Positions 39,924-50,161 are shown, counted from the first letter of the stretch. The stretch is 61,116 bases of DNA from Rickettsia typhi (GCA_945872855.1 CAMCAW010000005.1:1-61116), one strand, 5' to 3'. A program made the numbers and translations. Notes: generated from the letters alone by a model not told the origin.

Positions 39924-40617
39924 ATTATCAATTGTTATTCCATGCTATAATGAAGCAAAAAATATTCCGCTAATTGCTGAAAAATTTTCACAGGCAATCA
40001 ATCGCGATGATATAGAAATTATTCTTGTAAATAATGGCTCGCAAGACAACAGCCAGGCGGTTATTGATGACGTGATGATGCTTTATAAATTTTTAAAAAC
40101 TCACAAAGTTGAAGTAAATCAAGGTTATGGTTTTGGAATTTTATCTGGTTTAAAGGTGGCAAGTGGTGAATTTATTGGCTGGACGCATGCCGATATGCAA
40201 ACTGATCCAAAGGACACATTGCGCGCCCTTGAGATCATTGAGCAAAATGGTTTAGTAAAAAATATTTATGTCAAAGGAAGTCGTAAGGGGAGGGCGATGT
40301 TTGATAATTTTTTTACGATTGGAATGTCGATTTTTGAAACTTTGCTAATGGGTGTGAGTCTTTGGGAAGTCAATGCTCAGCCAAATATTTTTCACAAAAG
40401 TTTTTTCACAAAATGGCAAAATCCACCACATGATTTTGCGCTCGATCTATATGTTTATTATTTGGCAAAAAAAAGTAATTTGAAAATTATTAGATTTCCG
40501 GTATTGTTTCCGCCTAGAATTCATGGCACTTCAAGCTGGAATAATTCTTTTGGAGATAAGTGGAAATTTATTAAAAGAACGGTTAAATTTAGTGTTGTTC
40601 TAAAGAAAAGTTTTTAG
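39907..40617 (+). CDS. GT2 glycosyltransferase, DPM1/GtrB-like (polyprenyl-phosphate glycosyltransferase)
   Basis: SIVIPCYNE, VNNGSQD, NQGYG, HADMQ, R.HG.S. Confidence 0.85.
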   Translation: MSKNYKLSIVIPCYNEAKNIPLIAEKFSQAINRDDIEIILVNNGSQDNSQAVIDDVMMLYKFLKTHKVEVNQGYGFGILSGLKVASGEFIGWTHADMQTDPKDTLRALEIIEQNGLVKNIYVKGSRKGRAMFDNFFTIGMSIFETLLMGVSLWEVNAQPNIFHKSFFTKWQNPPHDFALDLYVYYLAKKSNLKIIRFPVLFPPRIHGTSSWNNSFGDKWKFIKRTVKFSVVLKKSF

Positions 40618-40755
40618 CTTTTTGGCTTCGTGGTAAAATTTTATCCACTAAAAAGTTGGTTGAAGCTCAAGAAGAGTTTTTGGTCTAGCTGCATTTTAAA
40701 TCAACTTAGTTTGAAATTGTTGGCAAGTTTTTTCTGATTTTTAAAGTCTCGCGGT

Positions 40756-41542
40756 TTACTTATACATAAATTTATTTTGATAAGAAAGATAAGTAAAGTC
40801 ACTCACCCAAACTTGATTTGGCTGATTTATCGCAAGTTCTAAAATCAAATTTTTAGCCGAGTTTTTTGGAAATTTATTCTTTTTAATTCTTGGCCTTTTT
40901 CTTGATTTTTTAGCCTTAATATTAAACAGCTTCATAACCCTTAGAACCCGCTTCTTATTGATTCCAAGAGCTAAAGCAATTCTTCTATGTCCATAAGATT
41001 TATGCTCAAACAAAATTGCTTCGATTTGCTGCTTTAAAATTAAATCTTTTGCTGGAAGTTTTGGTTTGCAATAAAGGCAACTACGCGAAACCGCAACTTG
41101 GCTGCAAGCAACAGATTTGCCGATTGCAGCCTTGTTTGAAGATGAGAAATAATCCACAAGAACCTCGCGCTTATTTCTTTTTTCCCCCAATACGGCTTTC
41201 GGCAACTAAAGAACCGATAATTGAAATTAACGCTTCGTTTTCTCGTTTGAGCTTCGCTAATTCAAGAACGGCTTGATGCTGGTTGGCTTTGAGTAGATTG
41301 TAAATTATTTTTGGATCAACTTTATATTCTCAAGCTAGATCAGTTGCGCGCTCGCCTTTGTCGGTACGCGTTTGATGATGCCTTGTTTTTGAGTTTCTGT
41401 TAAGCTTGGAATTCCTCTTAGCATATGATTTTTTACTTAAATTTGATTGATAAAATTTAGTGCATTTAAAACAAGTTTTAAATGTGACTTTTTGATCAAT
41501 TTATGAAGGGAGAGGGTGTATTAAATTTGGGGTACCTTACCA
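40756..41542 (-). mobile_element. Truncated, inactivated IS3-family element
   Basis: orfA from ATG 41424 carries a frameshift and an in-frame TGA; A6G slippery motif at 41183-41177; orfB has YGHRRI and PNQVWVSDFTY, then stops at 40756; putative left end near 41542 (uncertain). Confidence 0.85.
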
Positions 41543-41577
41543 TTTTTTATTTCGAAAAAACGATTCTAGATTCATTA

Positions 41578-42303
41578 TTAGTTTAAATTTTTTGCGACAA
41601 CCTCTTCTAGCCTTTGCCTAAAACTCTTTTTAACCAAAAACCTCAACTCTTTTTTAACCTTCGCGTTATTAATTGCGTAACGATAATCATGTCCTTTTCT
41701 ATCTTCAACAAATTTTATTTGCGACGCATAAGAAAGTTTGTTAGCTCTAGGGTGAATCTTATCTAAAATTTCACAAATTAATTTAGCAATATCGATATTT
41801 CTAATTTCCATTTCTCCACCAAAGCAATAAGTTGCGTTAACCTCGCCCTTCGCAAGCGCTAGAGCGATACCGTCGCAATGATCTTCAACATAAATCCAAT
41901 CACGAATATTTTTACCATTGCCATAAATTGGAATATCCTTCCCGCTTAGAGCCGAGCGGATTATGGTAGGAATTAATTTTTCACTATGCTGATTCGCGCC
42001 AAAATTATTTGAACAATTTGTGATAATTGTTGGCAATTTATAAGTTTCATACCAAGCGCGCACCAAGTGATCTGAAGCCGCTTTAGAAGCGGAATAAGGC
42101 GAGTTTGGCTGATAACGACTTTCTTCAGTAAAAGCTGGATCGCCTTCTTTTAGAGAACCAAAAACTTCATCAGTTGAGACATGTAAAAAACGGAAATTTT
42201 CTTTTTTCTCGCCAGTTAATTCTTGATAATATTTTAGCGACGCTTGCAGCAAACTAAAAGTTCCGTTGATGTTTGTAGTAATAAAAACTTCCGCACCTGT
42301 AAT
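41578..42303 (-). pseudogene. rfbB: 5'-truncated dTDP-glucose 4,6-dehydratase
   Basis: HVSTDEVFG, YSASK, RDWIYVEDH, DRKGHDYRY. Homology begins at ITGAEVFITTN (42303); the N-terminal NAD-binding GxxGxxG region is absent. Confidence 0.85.
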
Positions 42304-42310
42304 TTGGAGA

Positions 42311-44233
42311 TTAATTTTTCTTTTCTACAATTAAGCTTTTCGCCATTGTAACGAATTCAGTCAGCGACATAACCTTCTGCCCCTCTTCGCCTATTTTTCG
42401 CACCGCCACCGAACCATCGGCCGCTTCATTCTTCCCTACAGCCAAAATAAACGGCACTTTTTTTAGCGAATGTTCGCGCACTTTCGCGTTGATTTTTTCT
42501 GCCGCTAAATCTGCTTCCACTCTGAACCCATGCGCTTTTAATTCGGCGATAATTGTTCTGGCATAATCGTCGGAATCGTTGGTAATTGTGGCTACAACCA
42601 TTTGTACGGGGGCTAGCCATAATGGGAATCTGCCAGCGCAATTTTCGATTAAGATGCCGATGAATCGCTCGAAAGTTCCGAGGATTGCGCGGTGCAGCAT
42701 TACGGGGCGCTGCTTAGAGCCGTCTGCTGCGATGTAACTTGCATCTAGGCGTTCGGGCAGAATGAAATCTACTTGAAGTGTACCACATTGCCATTCGCGA
42801 CCAATGGCGTCGACCAGTGTGAATTCTAGCTTGGGGCCGTAGAAGGCGCCTTCGCCTTCGTTGATTTCGCAGTTGAGGTTGGCAACTTTTACGGCTGAGG
42901 CGAGGGCGGCTTCAGCCTTGTCCCACGTGGCATCAGAGCCTGCGCGTTTTTCGGGGCGAGTGGAGAATTTTACCTTTACGTCGTTGAAGCCAAAGTCGCG
43001 ATATACTGTTTTTAAAAGCTCGCAGAAGGCCACGGTTTCTGAGTTGATCTGGCTTTCTTCGCAAAAAATATGGGCGTCGTCTTGTGTGAAACTGCGCACA
43101 CGCATGATTCCGTGCAAAGATCCCGAAGACTCGTTGCGATGACAGCAGCCAAATTCGGCCATGCGCAACGGCAATTGGCGATAAGATTTTAGTTCTTGAT
43201 TAAAAATTTGAATATGCGCTGGACAGTTCATCGGCTTGATCGCGAAGGTTTTTTCTTCGGTCTCGCAAACAAACATATTCTCGCGAAATTTTTCCCAGTG
43301 ACCAGATTTTTCCCACAAAACTTTATCAATCATTTGCGGCGTTTTCACCTCAACATAACCGTGATTTTCTAATTTGTCGCGAATGTATTTTTCGATTTCG
43401 CGATAAATAATATAGCCGCGAGGGTGCCAAAACACTGAGCCCACAGCCTCTTCTTGAATATGAAATAAATCTAACTCGCGGCCTAATTTGCGATGATCGC
43501 GCTTTGCCGCTTCTTCAAGCAGGTGCAAATAATTATCGAGCGCTTCCTTACTCTCCCAAGCGGTGCCGTAAATTCTTTGCAGCATCTCATTGTTAGAATC
43601 GCCGCGCCAGTAGGCTCCAGCGAGTTTCATCAGTTTAAAATGTTTAACGTGAGAGGTTGAGGGAGCATGCGGGCCGCGGCACAAATCAACAAACGCGCCT
43701 TGACGATAAAGCGAAATATCTTCGTTAGAAGGAATTGAAGCGATAATTTCTGCTTTATATTTTTCACCGATTGATTGAAAAAATTTCACGGCGTCATCAC
43801 GCTTCCAAACCTCGCGCACCAAGGCTTCGTCGCGCCTTGCAATTTCGCGCATTTTATTTTCGATTTTTTCTAAATCTTCTAGAGCGAACGGTTGCGGGCG
43901 CGCGAAGTCGTAGTAGAAGCCGTTTTCAATTGCGGGCCCGATAGTAACTTGGGTTTCAGGAAAAAGCTCCTTCACCGCTTCGGCCATAAGGTGCGCGGCA
44001 TCGTGACGAATAATTTCTAACGCATTGGCACCAGATTTTGGCGTGATGATTTCGATTGCAGAATCGGCATCAATGGCGCGAGAAAGATCGCGCAATTCGC
44101 CATTCACTTTAATTGCCAAGGCAGATTTGGCGAGGCTTAGCGAGATTGCTTTGGCAATTTCTGCACCAGAAATTCCGCGTGCGAAATTTTTTGCAGCACC
44201 ATCGGGAAAAGTAATTTTAATTTCTGCGGACAT
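42311..44233 (-). CDS. thrS: Threonine--tRNA ligase
   Basis: TGS domain, [38 protein letters not shown]. Confidence 0.98.
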   Translation of the reverse strand: MSAEIKITFPDGAAKNFARGISGAEIAKAISLSLAKSALAIKVNGELRDLSRAIDADSAIEIITPKSGANALEIIRHDAAHLMAEAVKELFPETQVTIGPAIENGFYYDFARPQPFALEDLEKIENKMREIARRDEALVREVWKRDDAVKFFQSIGEKYKAEIIASIPSNEDISLYRQGAFVDLCRGPHAPSTSHVKHFKLMKLAGAYWRGDSNNEMLQRIYGTAWESKEALDNYLHLLEEAAKRDHRKLGRELDLFHIQEEAVGSVFWHPRGYIIYREIEKYIRDKLENHGYVEVKTPQMIDKVLWEKSGHWEKFRENMFVCETEEKTFAIKPMNCPAHIQIFNQELKSYRQLPLRMAEFGCCHRNESSGSLHGIMRVRSFTQDDAHIFCEESQINSETVAFCELLKTVYRDFGFNDVKVKFSTRPEKRAGSDATWDKAEAALASAVKVANLNCEINEGEGAFYGPKLEFTLVDAIGREWQCGTLQVDFILPERLDASYIAADGSKQRPVMLHRAILGTFERFIGILIENCAGRFPLWLAPVQMVVATITNDSDDYARTIIAELKAHGFRVEADLAAEKINAKVREHSLKKVPFILAVGKNEAADGSVAVRKIGEEGQKVMSLTEFVTMAKSLIVEKKN

Positions 44234-44374
44234 CGGAATAAATTATTTTTTATATTGAAAATTGAGCTTCAACTTATAGTTTGTCAGCTTCATTTAAAGA
44301 TCGCGAGAGGATAATTTAGAATTCGTAATTCACAATTAATTACTTGCGTCTTAAGTTAGGGTTATTCAAAAAAT

Positions 44375-44450
44375 GGGGCTATAGCGCAGTTGGTAGCGCG
44401 CTTGCATGGCATGCAAGAGGTCTCGAGTTCGAATCTCGATAGCTCCGCCA
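44375..44450 (+). tRNA. tRNA-Ala(GGC) with a G73 discriminator
   Basis: GGGGCTA...CTTGC-ATGGCAT-GCAAG...TCGAG-TTCGAAT-CTCGA-TAGCTCC-G-CCA; G3:U70 pair present. Confidence 0.95.
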
Positions 44451-44878
44451 AAATCCTATTGCAAACCAAGTCTCCCGTAGGTTTCTGCAATTTTTACTAC
44501 CCCCTTCAAAGCCCTGTGTTTGCCGCATCTCCCAGCTTTTTGATTTTCATTTCATCCGCACTTTCTGCTCTCCGAAAATTCCAAATTTTGCTGATTTTTT
44601 AACATTTCTCTCTCCGTTTCTCCGTTTCAACTGCACTTTAGAGAAAAAGGTAAAGTTCGATAAACACTGGTTCCGCAGGTTTTTCCTCTAACTTTGTCAT
44701 TGTTTAGCTCGAGTGGTATTTTTGGCTTTTTTGCAAACTGGTCACTGTATTTGCTGTTGTTATTTTTTCGCTTCTTTCAACTTGATAGACGTTTCTTTTA
44801 AGGTAAGATAAACACTGTGTGGAGCCTTCTATTTACTGGGTTTGCACGGTTTTTATTTATCAATCTTTTAAGAGTTTT

Positions 44879-45094
44879 ATGTCAGATAAGAATAATCCTG
44901 AGAACAAAATTGGATATTATTTTTTGCGAATTTCAGCAGAGAGATTTTCTTCAGATTTGTATAATTTTTCCAAAGAAATTTACAGTTTTTCCGATGAGCA
45001 GCTTTATGCCATAGTTTCCTTTTGCGATCACATCAAGGATAACGTGGCGAATGTAAAAAAGGAGCTGGAAAGAAGATTGGACAGCAAACAATAA
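44879..45094 (+). CDS. Small hypothetical protein (prophage accessory)
   Basis: ORF from ATG 44879 (or GTG 44819); no recognisable motif. Confidence 0.4.
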   Translation: MSDKNNPENKIGYYFLRISAERFSSDLYNFSKEIYSFSDEQLYAIVSFCDHIKDNVANVKKELERRLDSKQ

Positions 45095-45241
45095 TTTTTA
45101 ACTAACAGATTACCAAATTTTAATCCACGATATAGCCAGCAGAATAGCTCTCCCACGAAGTAGATGTTTTAGCAAAAAAGAAATAAAGAAAGTTTCGCAA
45201 CCATAACAAAATTCGATCTAAAAATCAGATTCAGAGATTTT

Positions 45242-45646
45242 TTAAAATCCCCATTTCTCTTCTTGTTCTTGCCACAGATCAGGCATTTCTTTGATGACGA
45301 TATCTTGTAGTTTTAGCGTTCTTGGCTGAGTGCCGCTCAAAATCCTTTCAACAATTTTTGGTGATAAAAAATTCAGATTAAAAATCCTGCTCACATAGGA
45401 AGAGTTAACTTTTTCCTTCTCAGCAATTTCAGCTAAAGAGGAAGCTCGCTCCTCATCAAGCATAATTTTCCACTTATGGGCTCTGGCAATTGACTTGATG
45501 ATCTTCTCATCAAAACACTTCTGACACTCATCTCTGCTGATATTCTTAGGCATGATTACCATTGCAGTTCCACCTCGTTTTTTTATTTCCATTGGCACAA
45601 ATATATTGATGGTTTCTTCGTTGGCAATTGCGATATTTTGCTTCAT
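45242..45646 (-). CDS. Recombinase-associated small HTH protein
   Basis: SLAEIAEKEKVNSSYVSRIFNLNFLSP.IVE.IL.G; directly downstream of the recombinase. Confidence 0.75.
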   Translation of the reverse strand: MKQNIAIANEETINIFVPMEIKKRGGTAMVIMPKNISRDECQKCFDEKIIKSIARAHKWKIMLDEERASSLAEIAEKEKVNSSYVSRIFNLNFLSPKIVERILSGTQPRTLKLQDIVIKEMPDLWQEQEEKWGF

Positions 45647-45647
45647 A

Positions 45648-46973
45648 TTATGCGGTCAGTTCAGTTGATAATGAGTGTAGCCCTTCTTTAAAAATTCTGA
45701 TGTTGATCCCGTTGGGATTGATGGTGATATCCTTGACTAAAAGGCTGATGATTCTGGCTTGTTCAATTGGGAATAATTCATCCCAGACTTTTTCGATTTG
45801 TTTGAAAGAATTGATAACAACACTTTCCTGAAGATTGCCTTTTGATTGGCTAATTGTGTGAACGATGAATTCCGGTTTTTTGAGCAAATTCAAAATTTGA
45901 CTTGTGACTAAATTTTCTGCTTCCGAGGCTGATAATCTTGCAATTGTACAGGAATCATTATTGCCAACTGCCTTGGATGAGCAAAGGTAATAGCGGTATC
46001 TTTTACCATTTTTAATCGTGTAAGTCGGGATCATTTTGCTACCACAAACTCCGCAATTTATTAATCCCTTTAGAAGCGGCGCTGCAGTTATTCTGGAAAC
46101 TGGAATCGATGGTTTATTATCCTGATTTTTGCTCAAAATATCTTTTATTTTTTGCCAAATATCATCGGCAATAATTGCCTTATGCTGCCCATCATAAAGC
46201 TGATTTTTGTGCTTAATTTTTCCTGCATAAATTGGATTTTCTAAAATTCTCCTAACATTCTTTTTGTTAAACTTCTGACCTTGCTGCAATTTGCCACTAG
46301 CAGAAATCCAAGTTTTAGTGGTAAAGCCAGATTTATTTAACTCTCTGGCAGTTTCGGTGACTGATTGGTTTTCTATAAAATTTTGAAATAAAATTCGAAC
46401 AATCTTCGCTTCAGCTTCATTGATGACGAGTTTTCTGTCGTTGATATCATAGCCAAGCGAAGGATTTCCACCCATCCACATTCCCTTCTTTTTTGAGGCG
46501 TCAACCTTGTCGCGAATTCTCTCGCCAGTTAGTTCTCGTTCATATTGAGCAAAGCTGAGCATTACATTGAGCATCAATCTTCCAACCGAATCATCAGTGG
46601 TAAAATTTTGAGTAACCGATGCAAAGCTGACTTTTTTCTGATCAAAAAGTTCGATGATTTTTTGGAAATCAAAAAGCGATCTGCTTAAGCGGTCAATTTT
46701 GTAAATGACCACGCAATCGATTTTGTTTTCTTCAATATCGCGAAAGAGTCGCTTTAGCGCTGGCCTCTCAAGAGTGCCTCCGGAAAATCCTCCATCATCG
46801 TAATGATCATCAACCAGAACCCATCCCTTTCCAACTTGTGAGGCGATAAAATTTTCGCCGGAAAGTCTTTGCGCGTCAATTGAGTTAAATTCCTGTTCCA
46901 GACCATCTTCGTTGGATTTTCTGGTATAAATGGCGCAGCGGATTTTTGGTTTTGTAGCAAGATTTTCAGTCAT
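45648..46973 (-). CDS. Large serine recombinase (integrase)
   Basis: AIYTRKS, DDGGFSGG...RP, KIDRLSRS, recombinase domain, CGVCG..YYLC zinc ribbon. Confidence 0.95.
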   Translation of the reverse strand: MTENLATKPKIRCAIYTRKSNEDGLEQEFNSIDAQRLSGENFIASQVGKGWVLVDDHYDDGGFSGGTLERPALKRLFRDIEENKIDCVVIYKIDRLSRSLFDFQKIIELFDQKKVSFASVTQNFTTDDSVGRLMLNVMLSFAQYERELTGERIRDKVDASKKKGMWMGGNPSLGYDINDRKLVINEAEAKIVRILFQNFIENQSVTETARELNKSGFTTKTWISASGKLQQGQKFNKKNVRRILENPIYAGKIKHKNQLYDGQHKAIIADDIWQKIKDILSKNQDNKPSIPVSRITAAPLLKGLINCGVCGSKMIPTYTIKNGKRYRYYLCSSKAVGNNDSCTIARLSASEAENLVTSQILNLLKKPEFIVHTISQSKGNLQESVVINSFKQIEKVWDELFPIEQARIISLLVKDITINPNGINIRIFKEGLHSLSTELTA

Positions 46974-47389
46974 GATTTTAATTTAAAAAATTTAGGACCG
47001 TTCCATTTGGTGCCGGTAATCTTTCCCGCTATTGAAGAAAGGCTTTTGAATTTTTGTCCCTGATATTCAAAGCAGTCTTTTAGTACTTCGACCTCATGTA
47101 TCACTCCACCCCATTCACGACAAATTTTAGTCCCAGCTATCAGGTCACTATGATGCCTTAAGGTGTTGATGGAGATGCCTCCTGCGATTTTTAATAATTT
47201 TGCTCTGGTTTCTTCACCTAAGCTTCCGAAGGATAACTCTTGTAAGCGATACGCGACTCTCGGTCGCAAATATTCTTTGTTCGCATTAGCAGCACATTTT
47301 TTTGGCATAATCTCATTGTAGATTTGCCTAATTTCAGCAGCAGATTTGCTTTCTAATTCGATGACTTGGCGGATAATAGTTTTGCTCAT
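46970..47389 (-). CDS. DUF2924 family protein
   Basis: AYRLQE, GT...REWGG..H.V, SLSSIA..ITGTKWNGPKFF. Confidence 0.88.
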   Translation of the reverse strand: MSKTIIRQVIELESKSAAEIRQIYNEIMPKKCAANANKEYLRPRVAYRLQELSFGSLGEETRAKLLKIAGGISINTLRHHSDLIAGTKICREWGGVIHEVEVLKDCFEYQGQKFKSLSSIAGKITGTKWNGPKFFKLKS

Positions 47390-47586
47390 AACATAGCTTG
47401 TTGATTGAGGTTAGAATCAATGCTATGAAGGCTTGGGAATGATTTGTTATCAAGTAGAATCCGACAATTTTGACTTCTTTCTTTGACCTCAAGGCGGTAA
47501 ATGCCAGTGCTTAAGATTTTGCCGATTTCTTGTAGTCTTTTATGAGAGGAATTTGGTATTTTTGAATCATCAGTTTGTGTTTTCAT
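47386..47586 (-). CDS. Small hypothetical protein leading the recombinase operon
   Basis: RLQEIGKILSTGIYRL; 4-nt overlap with the DUF2924 gene. Confidence 0.55.
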   Translation of the reverse strand: MKTQTDDSKIPNSSHKRLQEIGKILSTGIYRLEVKERSQNCRILLDNKSFPSLHSIDSNLNQQAML

Positions 47587-47925
47587 GATAGGCAACTTTT
47601 GGTTAGCGGATTAATTCCGCTAATTAATCGAAAAAGCTGCTAAAGCACAATATGCCTGCTTTTGTCCTCGTTGCTCCACTTTACTCCCATCAATAAAAAA
47701 TGTGAGTTTTGTTCTTTTTTAGACGCAAAATGAGATGATTATCAAAAAACCGCGCAAAAAGATTTACAAAAAACAAAAAGCGATGATAATTTCTACGAAA
47801 TTTCTGAGCTCTTGTATTTTTTTTGGCTAACACCAGTAAGCGGTAAGTAAGATGATCTTTTAGCTAAATTTTTAGCCTTCATCGGCAACAAGTGGCTCTT
47901 TCCTCAACCGAGAGCTAGATTGCCT

Positions 47926-49110
47926 ATGCAAACAAAAATAAAGAAGTTAATTCGCAGTACCCCAGAAGAAGATTTAAAGCCCTTCCTTGATCAATATGAG
48001 CTGAATTTGCCGGAAGATTTTAAGTGGCAAAATGGTAGCAGGAAATATCACGCCCAACTTTTCAATTCGATTTGGAATATCAGCGATGAGGAAATAAAAA
48101 CTCGTCTCTTTGAAGTTATCGAGCGCATTCATGAAATGATTGACGAGCTTGGACAGACAAACCTTCTAGCGCGAACAGCAATTACAAGTAACGACAATTT
48201 TTTGAGTTTAAAAAGCGAACATTCCCGCTGCATTTGGGCGCTGCAAAATCATCCGCAAGAATTTGAAAAAGCTGAATATTGCGCCTCGCTTGATTACAAA
48301 AGAAAATCTCGCGAATGGAGTTCCTTTGTAGCACCTAAGGAAATGGAAATTCACAACAGCAAAGAGCATCTAGAAGAATTTAAGCAGGTGGTGCTTGAGT
48401 GCTTTAACATCAGCAAAAAAATTAAAGTTGAAATTTTTGAGCGCATCAAAACCGATCATACCGACAAGGAAATCGCCATCTTCCAGCTAATCGCCTATCA
48501 TGACGGATTGCACAAATCACTTCAAACTTTTGAAAAAGAAGAAGTCGTCACCAAATTTTATCCAACAGTAAATGAATTTTCAATCAGCTACGAACCCCAC
48601 ACCGGAATCGTTGAGGTTGTTTCTGATTGCAAAGAAAATCGCGGCAAACTTGCCAAAGCATTCGTTAACACTTTTCTAAAAGCTGAAGATGAAGTTGATG
48701 AAATCCCGATCAAAAAATTTGATCTTTCAATGTTGAAGGTTCCTTACAATTTCATGAAAGATGTTGATCCGGCTGATTTGATTGACGATGTAAAAGTAAC
48801 GCTACTCAAACTGCAGCCCCTCGATAGCAGAAACTCCACAACGCTTGAAGCGCTTTTTAGAGACCGCCGCTCTATTTACTCTTTGGCGCAAGATTGGTAT
48901 GCTCAGTATAATCCGCTTCATGGCTCCTTTACTATCAAGAGAGCCAGACTTTCGATTAAATTTAAACCAACGGATAAAAATCCGCGCGGAAAACTTTTAC
49001 ATGTTAACATCACTGATCCAAATGGATGCAACTTGAAAGACCGGTCAGAAAGAGAAAAGATGATAGGAAATAAATATTTAGAAAAATGGGGTTTAATGGA
49101 AAGAATCTGA
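47926..49110 (+). CDS. Prophage hypothetical protein (~395 aa)
   Basis: Long ORF ending ITDPNGCNLK...YLEKWGL. Confidence 0.8.
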   Translation: MQTKIKKLIRSTPEEDLKPFLDQYELNLPEDFKWQNGSRKYHAQLFNSIWNISDEEIKTRLFEVIERIHEMIDELGQTNLLARTAITSNDNFLSLKSEHSRCIWALQNHPQEFEKAEYCASLDYKRKSREWSSFVAPKEMEIHNSKEHLEEFKQVVLECFNISKKIKVEIFERIKTDHTDKEIAIFQLIAYHDGLHKSLQTFEKEEVVTKFYPTVNEFSISYEPHTGIVEVVSDCKENRGKLAKAFVNTFLKAEDEVDEIPIKKFDLSMLKVPYNFMKDVDPADLIDDVKVTLLKLQPLDSRNSTTLEALFRDRRSIYSLAQDWYAQYNPLHGSFTIKRARLSIKFKPTDKNPRGKLLHVNITDPNGCNLKDRSEREKMIGNKYLEKWGLMERI

Positions 49111-50048
49111 CGCCGCAAATATGCAAATTGTTGATGGAGATAGTTGAGCAAAAAAATCCTAATATTTCTCACTCAGTTTTATTTTCAGAATTCGGTAAAG
49201 ATGTAGCAAAATTTCTAATTGATCAAAACTATTTAACTCAAGGCGAAAGCCTTGAAAGCTACTGGCTTGGTAGTGAAGACAAAGATGTTTATGTTGAATG
49301 GAATGAAAAACTTAAATCATTCGCCTATGTGTCATCTAGCGGAAAATTTGTCGCGGTAAAAGAAGATGATCTCAAAACCTATGATGCAAATTTTGAAAAG
49401 ATTGTCAGCTTTTTAGCAAAAGAATTTGATGTTTCTGAAAGCAGCAAAACCAAGCAAAATCAGCATCTTGAAGGATTGTTATTTTTTGTCGGTGAAGCGC
49501 GAATAAACAAAAAGAAAGTCGCAGTATTTTTTGCTCGCAGACTTAATGACAATGAAGTTCTTAAAAAAGTTGAAGAATTTTTTATCAAACCAACATCCTC
49601 TCTGACCAAGTTAATTCTTACTTCGTCAAATCATCTCTCTCCTGAATCTCTCAAAAATAAATCCAAAATTATTTCAATTCCAAAACTGCTTGGACTGGCT
49701 AACAACAAGGCTTTGTTCAATATGGATTATGTTGCCAATGTAATTTTCGGAATTGGTAGCGATGAAGCAAAACCTGATGTTTATTGCACTGAAGACGCCA
49801 GCACTCTTTTTATTGGTGATAAAAGTTGGAGCATCAAAGGCGACAAGCAGCGTCAGATCATTAAGCTCATGTGTGATCATTACCTTGAAAATCCTGATAA
49901 AAAAATCAGATGGCCGGATTTATTAAACGATGCCGACATCGAAACATCTTCACGATTTAGAGATTTTTTTAAATACAGCGCCGTACTGGAAGCTATAAAT
50001 CATCAAAACGGATTCGTTTGGTTTAATACTGGCGAAAAAATCGACTAA
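49086..50048 (+). CDS. Hypothetical protein with a probable C-terminal winged-helix domain
   Basis: Overlaps the upstream gene; C-terminal KQRQIIKLM...RFRDFFK...GFVWF. Confidence 0.7.
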   Translation: MGFNGKNLTPQICKLLMEIVEQKNPNISHSVLFSEFGKDVAKFLIDQNYLTQGESLESYWLGSEDKDVYVEWNEKLKSFAYVSSSGKFVAVKEDDLKTYDANFEKIVSFLAKEFDVSESSKTKQNQHLEGLLFFVGEARINKKKVAVFFARRLNDNEVLKKVEEFFIKPTSSLTKLILTSSNHLSPESLKNKSKIISIPKLLGLANNKALFNMDYVANVIFGIGSDEAKPDVYCTEDASTLFIGDKSWSIKGDKQRQIIKLMCDHYLENPDKKIRWPDLLNDADIETSSRFRDFFKYSAVLEAINHQNGFVWFNTGEKID

Positions 50049-50067
50049 AAACATTCAAAAAATCTAA

Positions 50068-50111
50068 CTCCTCCCTTTTCCTCCCCCTTTCTCCCCCCGA
50101 TCTCCTCCCCC
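50068..50111. repeat. Phased CTCCC(CC) direct repeats; G-quadruplex-capable on the minus strand
   Basis: Units at 50071, 50081, 50091 and 50105. Confidence 0.75.
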
Positions 50112-50161
50112 TAGCATCTTCTTAATTACTCCCAGTTTCTACAAACAACTACGGGTAATTT

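Noticed and set aside
42304-42327. +1 frameshift fusion of thrS to the rfbB fragment
   Set aside because: The frame is open for only a few codons of overlap, and the product would lack the NAD-binding fold.
44390-44602. 70 aa ORF
   Set aside because: Starts inside tRNA-Ala.
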